IMG/VR virus record: IMGVR_UViG_3300002141_000156
Span: 32,001-96,000 of that record
Origin: a virus
Strand: one strand, 5' to 3'
Length of the DNA stretch: 64,000 nt
The notes under the pieces are model-generated. The model was not told where the DNA came from, did not search any database, and worked only from the letters and a program-made list of their open reading frames with translations. Each line of letters begins with the position of its first letter. Within the stretch, counting starts at the first letter, position 1. The translations under genes and the position numbers were made by a program. Positions 10,430 to 19,157 of the stretch are shown in pieces.

Positions 10430-10672
10430 TTAGTCTTGTTTAAATGTTTGATTGTAATAATCTTCTGGTGTTTCATTAAACCGTGATATATCTCCTTTTA
10501 TAAAAGCATCTTCAATTTGTTGCTTCTCCATTGCTTTGGCTTGGTGGAATATATTTTTTTCTCCAAATAGTTTGTCTTGTGCTCCTTTCATAGCGTACGC
10601 TCCATCTTCTTCAAAGTAAGACATTATCTGAGTTATCTCTTTTTCTAAAAATTCTACTGATGTTTTTTTCAT
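10430..10672 (-). CDS. MKQTAVEWL-family mini-protein
   Basis: MKKTSVEFL...QAKAMEKQQI...EDYYNQTFKQD. Confidence 0.7.
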   Translation of the reverse strand: MKKTSVEFLEKEITQIMSYFEEDGAYAMKGAQDKLFGEKNIFHQAKAMEKQQIEDAFIKGDISRFNETPEDYYNQTFKQD

Positions 10673-11577
10673 TAGGTTTGTGTGTTTAGTTTAATATAGT
10701 GAAACAGTGCAAGATCTTTAGCTTTTGCCTCGATTTCGCAATCAAATTCAAATCCATAATCTGGAATAGTCTCATATATATAATCAGCATGAGAACGATT
10801 AATAACTGATGCATCCTCGTGAACCGCTTTTGAACTTGAGAAATGATGTAACGGAGTATGCCCATGCCAAGTAGTAGCCGCAAGTTTTGCAGCAGCCTCA
10901 CCAGATAAGTCATTTGTACAAAAAGTATGATGAAAATGGTCAAATGTAATTGGGCACCCAACTTTCATATAAATTCCGTGATATAGATCAACAACACCAT
11001 ATTGGCTTGCCTTATCATCATTTTCAACAACAAGTCGAGCACGAGTAGTGGGGGTAAGTTTTGTAAAATTATCGCAGAATCGTGCAAGTGCCGAGTGTTT
11101 ATCGCCATATGAACCGCCAACATGAATATTAATTGGAAAACTAGGATCTGCAGGAAGTCCCATAAGATCCATGATACGGGAATGCTGATCGAGATCATAA
11201 ATAGTTTTAGTAACAATAGATTCAGTTGGGGAAGCAAGTACATCAAATTGTCCAGGATGAAATGAAAGACGCATTCCATGAAATTTGACAAATGTGCCGA
11301 TTTGGGTAAGAGCCTCACGAAGTGTGCTAAAATTAGGAAGATCCTCAAATCGATATTCGCTCATCCATGGAAATATATCACTTGACATGCGATAGACTTG
11401 AATATTATTTGCTAGATTCCACTCTAGGATTTTACATAAGTCACGAATATTGGATTCAGCTAATTCGGCTGCTCGAGGAAGACCATGTTCTAACCATGTC
11501 TTTTTTATCATACCGCGATTAGTGGTGATAGCTTGATCTTTTAAAGTAAGATTAATGCAACAGTATCCGAGTCTCAT
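10672..11577 (-). CDS. uvsE: UV DNA damage endonuclease
   Basis: RLGYCCIN, YRMSS, RLSFHPGQF, NIHVGG, RLVVENDD, FDHFHH, HADY and EAKAKD motifs. Confidence 0.95.
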   Translation of the reverse strand: MRLGYCCINLTLKDQAITTNRGMIKKTWLEHGLPRAAELAESNIRDLCKILEWNLANNIQVYRMSSDIFPWMSEYRFEDLPNFSTLREALTQIGTFVKFHGMRLSFHPGQFDVLASPTESIVTKTIYDLDQHSRIMDLMGLPADPSFPINIHVGGSYGDKHSALARFCDNFTKLTPTTRARLVVENDDKASQYGVVDLYHGIYMKVGCPITFDHFHHTFCTNDLSGEAAAKLAATTWHGHTPLHHFSSSKAVHEDASVINRSHADYIYETIPDYGFEFDCEIEAKAKDLALFHYIKLNTQT

Positions 11578-11621
11578 AAAGTTATGATACTACACTTTTC
11601 TTCTTTTTTAAAATTTCATTC

Positions 11622-11697
11622 GGGTGCGGGGGTAGTACTAAAGTACTTCTATAGTAATTATTAAAGAAAGAATAAAGACTAGCTAGTACTCCCGCCC
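11622..11697. repeat. GC-rich imperfect inverted repeat with three AGTACT palindromes at the strand switch
   Basis: GGGTGCGGGGGTAGTACTA ... TAGTACTCCCGCCC flanking an AT-rich core. Confidence 0.55.
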
Positions 11698-11757
11698 ACT
11701 AACCCTTTTCTACTAGGGAAAAAGGAATGGTTTTAATAAAATATATAAATTTATGTT

Positions 11758-11786
11758 GAAACTATTTATGCACATGGGTGTATAAC
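11758..11786 (+). promoter_or_regulatory. Putative phage promoter GAAACT-N17-TATAAC
   Basis: Same bipartite motif recurs upstream of several other genes (see findings). Confidence 0.5.
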
Positions 11787-11815
11787 TTAATTAGGATCAA
11801 AATAATTAATCATGA

Positions 11816-12478
11816 GTGGTAATCATAAGTATCGATTTTTCAATATTATATCCAGGAGTATGCATCTGTCGAGACTTTAAAGACTTTAAATGGCTAGCAG
11901 TAGTCAATACCAAAGTCAGAAAAAAGGACGAAGCCCATTTTGACTGGATCAATTCATACTACCCAAACCTAAAGATCTTACGAACTACTTCAAAAAGAAG
12001 AAAGGACGAACTATATCACATCACAGAAAGAATCAAGCTTGATAACTATCTAGAGCTAATTGAGATTCTAATTTCAGCAATCAAAGAAGAAGTAAAAGAC
12101 GAGCAAGATGTTATAGTATGTCTTGAAGGCATCTCTTTTGGTTCTAGCGGAAATTCACTAGTTGATATTTCACAGTCAACTGGTATCTTAAAACACCAAT
12201 TAGTAACCCAAATCCTTAATAATAAAACTGATAGGTTTTTCATCTTCAGTCCAAGCGAACTTAAAAATGCAATTGGCTGCAAAGGTAATGCAAACAAGCA
12301 TGACGTACTTGCAAAATTTAAAAGTGACCCAATTATCGAATCAGTAAAGGATTCAGACCTATACAAGTTATTAAATACTGAAGATTGGGTAATCGACGGA
12401 GAAAAGATCCTATCTCCAATCATAGACATGACTGATGCCTACTTAGGTGTTGCAAAAATATATGGGCTTTCAAAATAA
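11816..12478 (+). CDS. RuvC-like Holliday junction resolvase (phage type)
   Basis: IISIDFS, LEGISFGS, PSELK..GKGNANK and DMTDAY acidic catalytic pattern. Confidence 0.8.
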   Translation: MVIISIDFSILYPGVCICRDFKDFKWLAVVNTKVRKKDEAHFDWINSYYPNLKILRTTSKRRKDELYHITERIKLDNYLELIEILISAIKEEVKDEQDVIVCLEGISFGSSGNSLVDISQSTGILKHQLVTQILNNKTDRFFIFSPSELKNAIGCKGNANKHDVLAKFKSDPIIESVKDSDLYKLLNTEDWVIDGEKILSPIIDMTDAYLGVAKIYGLSK

Positions 12479-12487
12479 TCAATAGAT

Positions 12488-12886
12488 ATGACTAGAAAGA
12501 AACGTGGTGACATACACTATATTAACAATAAAGATTTTACTCGATCAATTATTGAAAGTAAGACAGTGGATGTGCTAACTCCATTTGCAATCGATTGCTT
12601 TATCTCATTAGCAAATCGCGCAGTAAATCGTCTCTATTTTCAAGACTCTCGCGATCGCGAGGACTGTATTCAATCCGCAATTCTTGACTGTTTAAAATAT
12701 TGGAGAAGTTTTGATGAGACAAAGTCAAAGAATCCAAACGCGTTTGCATATTTTACCCAAATATGCAAAAATGGGTATGCAAAAGAGTGGAAAAAGATCC
12801 ATAAGAAGACTGGACTTGATAAAGATGAGCCGCTTGAATTTATTTCATTGGGGTATGGCGGAGAAAGTTCAATTTACAGCATTTAG
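12488..12886 (+). CDS. T4 gp55-like late-transcription sigma factor
   Basis: HYINNKDF N-terminus, DREDCIQ, FD..KSKNPNAFAYFTQI. Confidence 0.85.
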   Translation: MTRKKRGDIHYINNKDFTRSIIESKTVDVLTPFAIDCFISLANRAVNRLYFQDSRDREDCIQSAILDCLKYWRSFDETKSKNPNAFAYFTQICKNGYAKEWKKIHKKTGLDKDEPLEFISLGYGGESSIYSI

Positions 12887-12898
12887 TATCAACGTGTA

Positions 12899-12906
12899 AT
12901 AAATAA
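12899..12906 (+). promoter_or_regulatory. Late promoter ATAAATAA (T4 TATAAATA-like)
   Basis: Directly upstream of the structural block; motif recurs more than 10 times before late genes. Confidence 0.6.
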
Positions 12907-12928
12907 TATAAATTCCTTTATTTTTTAA

Positions 12929-15900
12929 ATGGTAATTAGCAATCTTAACTTCTTTGATAAGCTGGGTCAAAATTTAAACCTTCAGTTAAATGCAACAACT
13001 AGTGTGTGGGAAGGAAAGATCTATTTCAAGGGAATATCGACTTACTTATTCGATAATGAGAACTTATTTATGCTTGAGGTGGTTGGACCAGACTATAAAT
13101 TTCCTGTATTATCACCAAACCAGAGCATTTCCTTTGAATGGACAAATAATAAAAACCGCGATCAGTTTTTTCTCTATGATGTAGTTAAAGATCTTGAACT
13201 TGACGAAAATTTTATTAGTAAAGTCGAAAGTAAAGTAATTAGGTACTCAGATATTGATCAGTCAAACAGCTTAGCTCCGCTAGACATAAAGATTCCGCTA
13301 CAAGTAAATATTGCATTCAGCCCAACCGATGAAATAATATTCGAAAGAACACTTTCGATCTACCTAAATGATATAACCAAGACAAAGATTGCTGAGCTCT
13401 ATTTTTATGGTGAAGGAATTGAAGAAGAAAAAAGATTTAGTGATTGGGCAACGAATTTCGGCATTAAATTCTTAAAGGAGGACGCCAATATCCTAAAGGA
13501 TTACGATATCAAGGAAGCTTTTCCTAATTTAGAAGCTTTAAATAGTATTCGAAAGCAATTACTTGTAAATAAAGATCAAATTTATCCATATATTGGAACT
13601 TACCGCGGACTTGTTAACTTTATAAATATACTCGGGTACAGGGACACACTTCAAGTAAAAGAATATTGGACTAATATTAACCGTACGTCATCGTATTTCA
13701 ATAAGATGCTAATGGTTGACCTTTCTGATTATTTAGATGATGGAAAGATTGATACTCTTGACCTAACTGATAAAAATAGTGGAATCCGAGGCGGTTCTCA
13801 ATTTAAAAAGACTGAATTCTTAGCAATTGTATACCAGTTTACTGTGGCAACTGATACTTATGACGATGATGGAGTTCCAATAGTTGTTGAAACTACTGAG
13901 TTTACCGTAAATGAGATCTTCTACAAGCTAAACTTACTAAATGCTAAGCTTAAAAATGAATTTTTACCAATAAACGTAAAAATCAAAGATATTATTGGCG
14001 AATTCATCTACTTTCAAAAGATGACAATCGGTAATTGGAATGATTCAACTCAAATCTTTGACTACGATCTTAATGACCCGGCTGAAATTATCGCATATCC
14101 GGGCCAAGACGTAAATTTAACCCTACGTGCAATTGATCCACTATATCGCCAAGCAAGTACAAACGGCTTTGACCTAGGAATTGGTCGAATTAATGAGTCT
14201 GCAAAGAATCCATTCGAATTTGGACAAAGATACCTTACCCATGCAGATAATGCAGCAGTAATTGAATATATTGAGACATTTTATAACGAAATTAGGACGC
14301 AACGCTTTCCAAATCTACGTAGTAGACTAACTTGGGAATTTGGAGATGATCCACAGCGTATAATTGGAGCACCAGTCGTACTTTCTATCGATTTAGGTAG
14401 ATTTACGATCGATAATTTACGTGGAGTAAAACTTGAAGACCTAGATGCAATAAATATTGGAATAGATCCACACTGGACGCTTGAAAATATTGATTTTAAG
14501 AATTATTATGAAGTTAATTGGAGAATTACCAAAGAGTCTCCAAATCCATATAATTTTGAACATCGTGGGAAAATAGTTGACCTCTATGAAATTGGCCATG
14601 TTCTACCATACGCTGGAAAATATCGAATTACAATAGAACTATATGACTTCTATGGTCATGTCAGTGTATTTAGTCGATTTGTTACTGTGCAGGACGACAT
14701 GAAACCTGAAATAATTGGTTTTGCTAGATTAGAGGACAAATTTGAATATTCTGTCTCAAATCTAACAAATGTTCAACTCCAAGATTTTGGAGCGTCTCCG
14801 CTTTACTATCCTAAAGTTAATGTTCTAAACAATGAAGACGCTGCTGTAAAAATCGATATCTATAAGAACTTATTAGAGTGGATTTCATTCTACAAGAATA
14901 GATATGGTATGGGTCAAAATATATATGACGCTGAACTATATAATACTAGCACAAATACGTATATCCCATATCAGGATCCAGCACAAAACCATCCAAAGAA
15001 ATCATATTGGGGACTTGGCGATGGCGATACTCCAATTACACTAAATGATTTTAGCGGAATGCAAATTGATGAACTATATTGGTTACGACTAACTGATCTT
15101 ATATACTTGGATGATTTTGAGGCGGGTTTTTATATGCGTAATCCTAAACCTGGAGACAAAATTAGAATGTCTCTATTTTCAGATTATATACTTCCACCTT
15201 TTACTACACTAGAAGACCTTGTACAAATTTTAAACGATAGTGATCACCCTGGAGTTAAATTGTTTAATTATGAAATAATTAATGGCCGGCACTCAGACTA
15301 CCAATATATTATCCATGCTCAAGCAGAGTATCTAAGTAAAGAAATGTATCACATGCTTGCTTATCCAGGAGGAGGTAGTCCAAGTCCAAGCCCAATATTT
15401 AGCCCAAGTCCAGGTGGCGGTTCAGGTTTCCGTGGTGATGAATACACCTTCTTCTTACCGAAAAAAGTATTTTCAAAACCAGCAATTGATTATCTTGCTT
15501 CACTTTCACCAGTATTTGATGTAGAGACGATGTTTTTACACGCAAAAACAAGTGATGTTTTATCTGGTGCTGTGCAGGATCCTAGTTTCTGGCAAGATAC
15601 TCACTATTGGAGATTTAATAATGATGTTCAGACTGGATATCTGCCAACCACCATTGACCAGAATGCATTTAATATTACTGACATTAAACTCTATGAAGAA
15701 ACATTTGCTGTTCCTGAAAATGGAATTATCTTCTTTGTAATCAATAACCTAGATGGTAAGAATGATTTTATCTGGAAATTAAAAAATACAAACACTGGGG
15801 AAGAAATAATAAGAGTTAAATCTGTCCCATTCTTTATTTGGAAATTTAAAGATCTTGGAGATTTTACACTAAGTTGTGATGTGTTCGATAATCGAAACAC

Positions 15901-16018
15901 TCAGTATACAAATGAGATTCAAAACCTTATTCGGGTTCTTGATAGAAAACAATACACTAAAGAGACTGAAACTCGATTAAACGATCGAAAACGTCTCTTA
16001 TTAAAGAGTCGAGCATAA
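12929..16018 (+). CDS. Large virion (baseplate wedge-like) protein with PKD/Ig-like modules
   Basis: YIGTYRGLVNFINILGY resembles wedge (P2 gpI/T4 gp7-type) segments; GKYRITIELYD and GDFTLSCDVFD strands; late-promoter context. Confidence 0.6.
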   Translation: MVISNLNFFDKLGQNLNLQLNATTSVWEGKIYFKGISTYLFDNENLFMLEVVGPDYKFPVLSPNQSISFEWTNNKNRDQFFLYDVVKDLELDENFISKVESKVIRYSDIDQSNSLAPLDIKIPLQVNIAFSPTDEIIFERTLSIYLNDITKTKIAELYFYGEGIEEEKRFSDWATNFGIKFLKEDANILKDYDIKEAFPNLEALNSIRKQLLVNKDQIYPYIGTYRGLVNFINILGYRDTLQVKEYWTNINRTSSYFNKMLMVDLSDYLDDGKIDTLDLTDKNSGIRGGSQFKKTEFLAIVYQFTVATDTYDDDGVPIVVETTEFTVNEIFYKLNLLNAKLKNEFLPINVKIKDIIGEFIYFQKMTIGNWNDSTQIFDYDLNDPAEIIAYPGQDVNLTLRAIDPLYRQASTNGFDLGIGRINESAKNPFEFGQRYLTHADNAAVIEYIETFYNEIRTQRFPNLRSRLTWEFGDDPQRIIGAPVVLSIDLGRFTIDNLRGVKLEDLDAINIGIDPHWTLENIDFKNYYEVNWRITKESPNPYNFEHRGKIVDLYEIGHVLPYAGKYRITIELYDFYGHVSVFSRFVTVQDDMKPEIIGFARLEDKFEYSVSNLTNVQLQDFGASPLYYPKVNVLNNEDAAVKIDIYKNLLEWISFYKNRYGMGQNIYDAELYNTSTNTYIPYQDPAQNHPKKSYWGLGDGDTPITLNDFSGMQIDELYWLRLTDLIYLDDFEAGFYMRNPKPGDKIRMSLFSDYILPPFTTLEDLVQILNDSDHPGVKLFNYEIINGRHSDYQYIIHAQAEYLSKEMYHMLAYPGGGSPSPSPIFSPSPGGGSGFRGDEYTFFLPKKVFSKPAIDYLASLSPVFDVETMFLHAKTSDVLSGAVQDPSFWQDTHYWRFNNDVQTGYLPTTIDQNAFNITDIKLYEETFAVPENGIIFFVINNLDGKNDFIWKLKNTNTGEEIIRVKSVPFFIWKFKDLGDFTLSCDVFDNRNTQYTNEIQNLIRVLDRKQYTKETETRLNDRKRLLLKSRA

Positions 16019-16051
16019 AATTAATAAATAAAATAAAATAATTCAAAGAAC

Positions 16052-17023
16052 ATGGCATTTACACCTGTTTCGTTACCGATTCAAGAAATTCTCTTAACAA
16101 ATTTTGTTACAGATATTGCGTCTATTAGCAATGCAAATAGTTTGCTGCTTAAGGACAAATTAGAGGACGTGGTTAACCTATTAGAAATTGACTTGACGGC
16201 TATATCGATTGGTACAGACACCGCAATTAATTCAATTAAGACAAAAAATGTTATTATCCAGGAAACTGGCTTGATTTTCCAAACTGGAACTCCAAATCAG
16301 ATTATTGCACGACTTGAAAAAAATTCAAGCACACAGTCAGTATTTACAGTTGATAAAATCAATGTTAATATTGATATTGATACAGATTCAATTGTTGCAA
16401 ACTCAGTGACGGTAAATGATGCTTTAATATCAAATGGTCCTACCCTACTGACAAGTTCTCTGGAATTTAGTGCACAATTAATAGAATCAAAAGAAACAGT
16501 TACTGCAACCCTAACTAACACTGGGCCTATCGCTGAAGCTCGAATCACATTAACTAGTGGATCAAAGAAAAATATCCTAGTTAAGCTTAGCGCAGTTACT
16601 TCACCAAATTTAAACCATGTATATGACGGAGTTAGTGCATTTGCTGGAGGTATCACAAAATTTGTTTTATATGTTGACTTTGATGCCGTGAATCCACCAG
16701 CACAAAATAGTACATTTACAATTTCATTTGTTGACATTGTTGAAAATATTACATCAACAAGTATTTTAACTGCGGTTAATGGAAATAACATGCCGGTTGT
16801 TATTAGCGGTGGTCAAAATCTAAGCGCTCTTCCCACGCCGGTTCCAATATACCTACACGATGGCACATATGATATAGGTGTTAATCCAATAAGCACAAAC
16901 CCAATATTAAATAGTAATATCATATCTTATTATGGAAACAATGCGACATTCCTTTATATTCTTGATGAGAATACAGACGATCGTCTAATTGTTACAAGTA
17001 CAGTAGGAATGGAATTCTTTTAA
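16052..17023 (+). CDS. Virion structural protein
   Basis: Beta-rich Thr/Asn/Ile composition; late motif at 16024. Confidence 0.55.
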   Translation: MAFTPVSLPIQEILLTNFVTDIASISNANSLLLKDKLEDVVNLLEIDLTAISIGTDTAINSIKTKNVIIQETGLIFQTGTPNQIIARLEKNSSTQSVFTVDKINVNIDIDTDSIVANSVTVNDALISNGPTLLTSSLEFSAQLIESKETVTATLTNTGPIAEARITLTSGSKKNILVKLSAVTSPNLNHVYDGVSAFAGGITKFVLYVDFDAVNPPAQNSTFTISFVDIVENITSTSILTAVNGNNMPVVISGGQNLSALPTPVPIYLHDGTYDIGVNPISTNPILNSNIISYYGNNATFLYILDENTDDRLIVTSTVGMEFF

Positions 17024-17046
17024 TCTATAAAAAATCAATAGTCTAG

Positions 17047-19149
17047 ATGGCAGTTACCCCATTAATTAAACCAGTACAAAATAAGAAGGGTATTTTCTAT
17101 AACTTTCAAAGTGCTCTAGAAGACATCAATGTTACGATAAGTAACAGTGAAACTGCTGTGCGCTTCTCAAAGTTTGCCCTATTAAGAATACCAGAAATTG
17201 GTACTCCAAATACTCTTGCCACAGACAATAAAATTCAATTTTTAGCTCAAGGTGAGTCCAATATGATTGATGGAATCCATGTTGATGCAAATATTAATCT
17301 TGCAGAAAGCTTTCAGAACTATGCGCTTAACTTTGAAGCACTACTATTAAGCAGACCTCAATATAAAAGAGAAGAAAAGTTAACAGTTGGTGAGCGTGTA
17401 TTCTGGAAATGGCTAAAAGAGCTTGGAGCAATTCGTTTTCAAAATGCAAATGCACTCGAGAAAAATACAACAGCTCTAGGTACTGAAGCTAGATTTGTTG
17501 AAAAGCCAGAAACTAACTCAACATATAATCGTGTAGTAAAATATATTGCAGATATCGATGTTGTCAATTCATTAAAATCAAAAGACAATTCATATACTGA
17601 GGTTTATATCCATGTTCCAACAAATGTAGGAACTACTCCACATGTTCTCTTTAAGTCGATTACTGATGCAAATTACTTTCCAAACATGACTGTTGCAAAC
17701 AATGCAGCAGATCCGTTAAATATTGAATACTTATCGGGTAGAAAGTACAATGAAACCCATCCATTTGGACTTTCAATAAAGGCTTCATATGACTTAGATG
17801 ATGCAAGTGTTCTTGCTCAAATTAAAGATACTATTGCTGGAACATACGCTCCAGGAAATTGGTTTACTCAAACTATACGAAATTCATATTACACAGATAA
17901 TTACAATACAACTAGTGCATATAATGTTGCGGCAGATAAAGTAATTTCTAAACAATTTGGATTACGCACCGTTGAATATTTACGAACAAGCTTAGATGGT
18001 ATTTCATTAGATTTTGATCTAGCTAACTATAAGCTTGCTAGTGAGAATCCAGAAATAAAAGTATTTTCTCAATTTAACGACTATATTGCAAATAGAGATT
18101 TTGAATTTAATGCGATCCTAATTTATTATGATACCTATGACCCAAACAATTTAGATTCAAATGGAGTACCGCTAGATATCAGAACTAATTTATATGGAGT
18201 CCTATTTTTAGATAGAATACAACAGAGCGGTCTTGAATTCCAAATCCCAGTGATTCAAAAATTCAAGCCAGATCCACTAAATAAGATCAACGGTAATGCT
18301 TTTGCATTTAAGATGAACCTTAAATTAGACACTTCAATTGAAGATGTTCTAATCGAGCGTTCAATTAATGACTATTCAACCTTCTCATTAGAATTATTTA
18401 CAGATGTGTTAACACAATTCAAGCAATTACAGACAAAATATAACGATAAGTTATTGGAGCTTGACCAATTGAGTCAGAGTGTAGAAGGATTAAAGGACTT
18501 GCTAATTAATACAGAAGATCAAAATGAATTAAAAATTCGTATTACTAATCTTGAAACTGCTCTTGCTGCAAATTCCGCTATTTTTGATAATACAAATAGT
18601 ATGATGCAACTAATTACTAGTGTTAATCAAAGAGTTGATAGCATACTTACTGGAACCTCAAATATTACTATTTCTTATGCATTAGACACAGTTCGTCCAG
18701 GAGAAGGAATTATAATTGACCGTCGAACTCCAAATAGAATTCAAATCGCAAACGGCAATCAGCAGTATAATATATCAAACATGTCAATTACGAATATTTT
18801 TACAAATAATGTGGTTGAGTTAGGTACCTTTACAAATTATGTTGCTCATACAAATAGCGGTAACCAAATTGTTCTAACTCGAGACCTTCAAATTTTCATA
18901 AATGACACAACTACTGCTTGGAAAAAAGGTCAAAGTTTACGATTAGTGATAGATGATGAATTAGTAACTAGTGTATATAATATTAAAATATATACTGATG
19001 CAACAAATAAAATGAATTTAGGTGAATATGGCGTTTCAATTGCTATTTTAAACGATCTTGATTTCTTACCATCTGGTAATAAACCAATTTTTGATATTAT
19101 TTGTACTGATGATGCCTTGCTCACATTCAGAATTGATAAAATAAGATAA
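17047..19149 (+). CDS. Virion structural protein with central coiled coil
   Basis: 700 aa; heptad region near aa 455-530; structural cluster. Confidence 0.55.
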   Translation: MAVTPLIKPVQNKKGIFYNFQSALEDINVTISNSETAVRFSKFALLRIPEIGTPNTLATDNKIQFLAQGESNMIDGIHVDANINLAESFQNYALNFEALLLSRPQYKREEKLTVGERVFWKWLKELGAIRFQNANALEKNTTALGTEARFVEKPETNSTYNRVVKYIADIDVVNSLKSKDNSYTEVYIHVPTNVGTTPHVLFKSITDANYFPNMTVANNAADPLNIEYLSGRKYNETHPFGLSIKASYDLDDASVLAQIKDTIAGTYAPGNWFTQTIRNSYYTDNYNTTSAYNVAADKVISKQFGLRTVEYLRTSLDGISLDFDLANYKLASENPEIKVFSQFNDYIANRDFEFNAILIYYDTYDPNNLDSNGVPLDIRTNLYGVLFLDRIQQSGLEFQIPVIQKFKPDPLNKINGNAFAFKMNLKLDTSIEDVLIERSINDYSTFSLELFTDVLTQFKQLQTKYNDKLLELDQLSQSVEGLKDLLINTEDQNELKIRITNLETALAANSAIFDNTNSMMQLITSVNQRVDSILTGTSNITISYALDTVRPGEGIIIDRRTPNRIQIANGNQQYNISNMSITNIFTNNVVELGTFTNYVAHTNSGNQIVLTRDLQIFINDTTTAWKKGQSLRLVIDDELVTSVYNIKIYTDATNKMNLGEYGVSIAILNDLDFLPSGNKPIFDIICTDDALLTFRIDKIR

Positions 19150-19157
19150 TACACTAA

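Noticed and set aside
8045-10441. Junction repeats as a CRISPR array or integron attC sites
   Set aside because: Spacing is irregular and gene-sized, repeats are not palindromic, and no integrase is present in the window.
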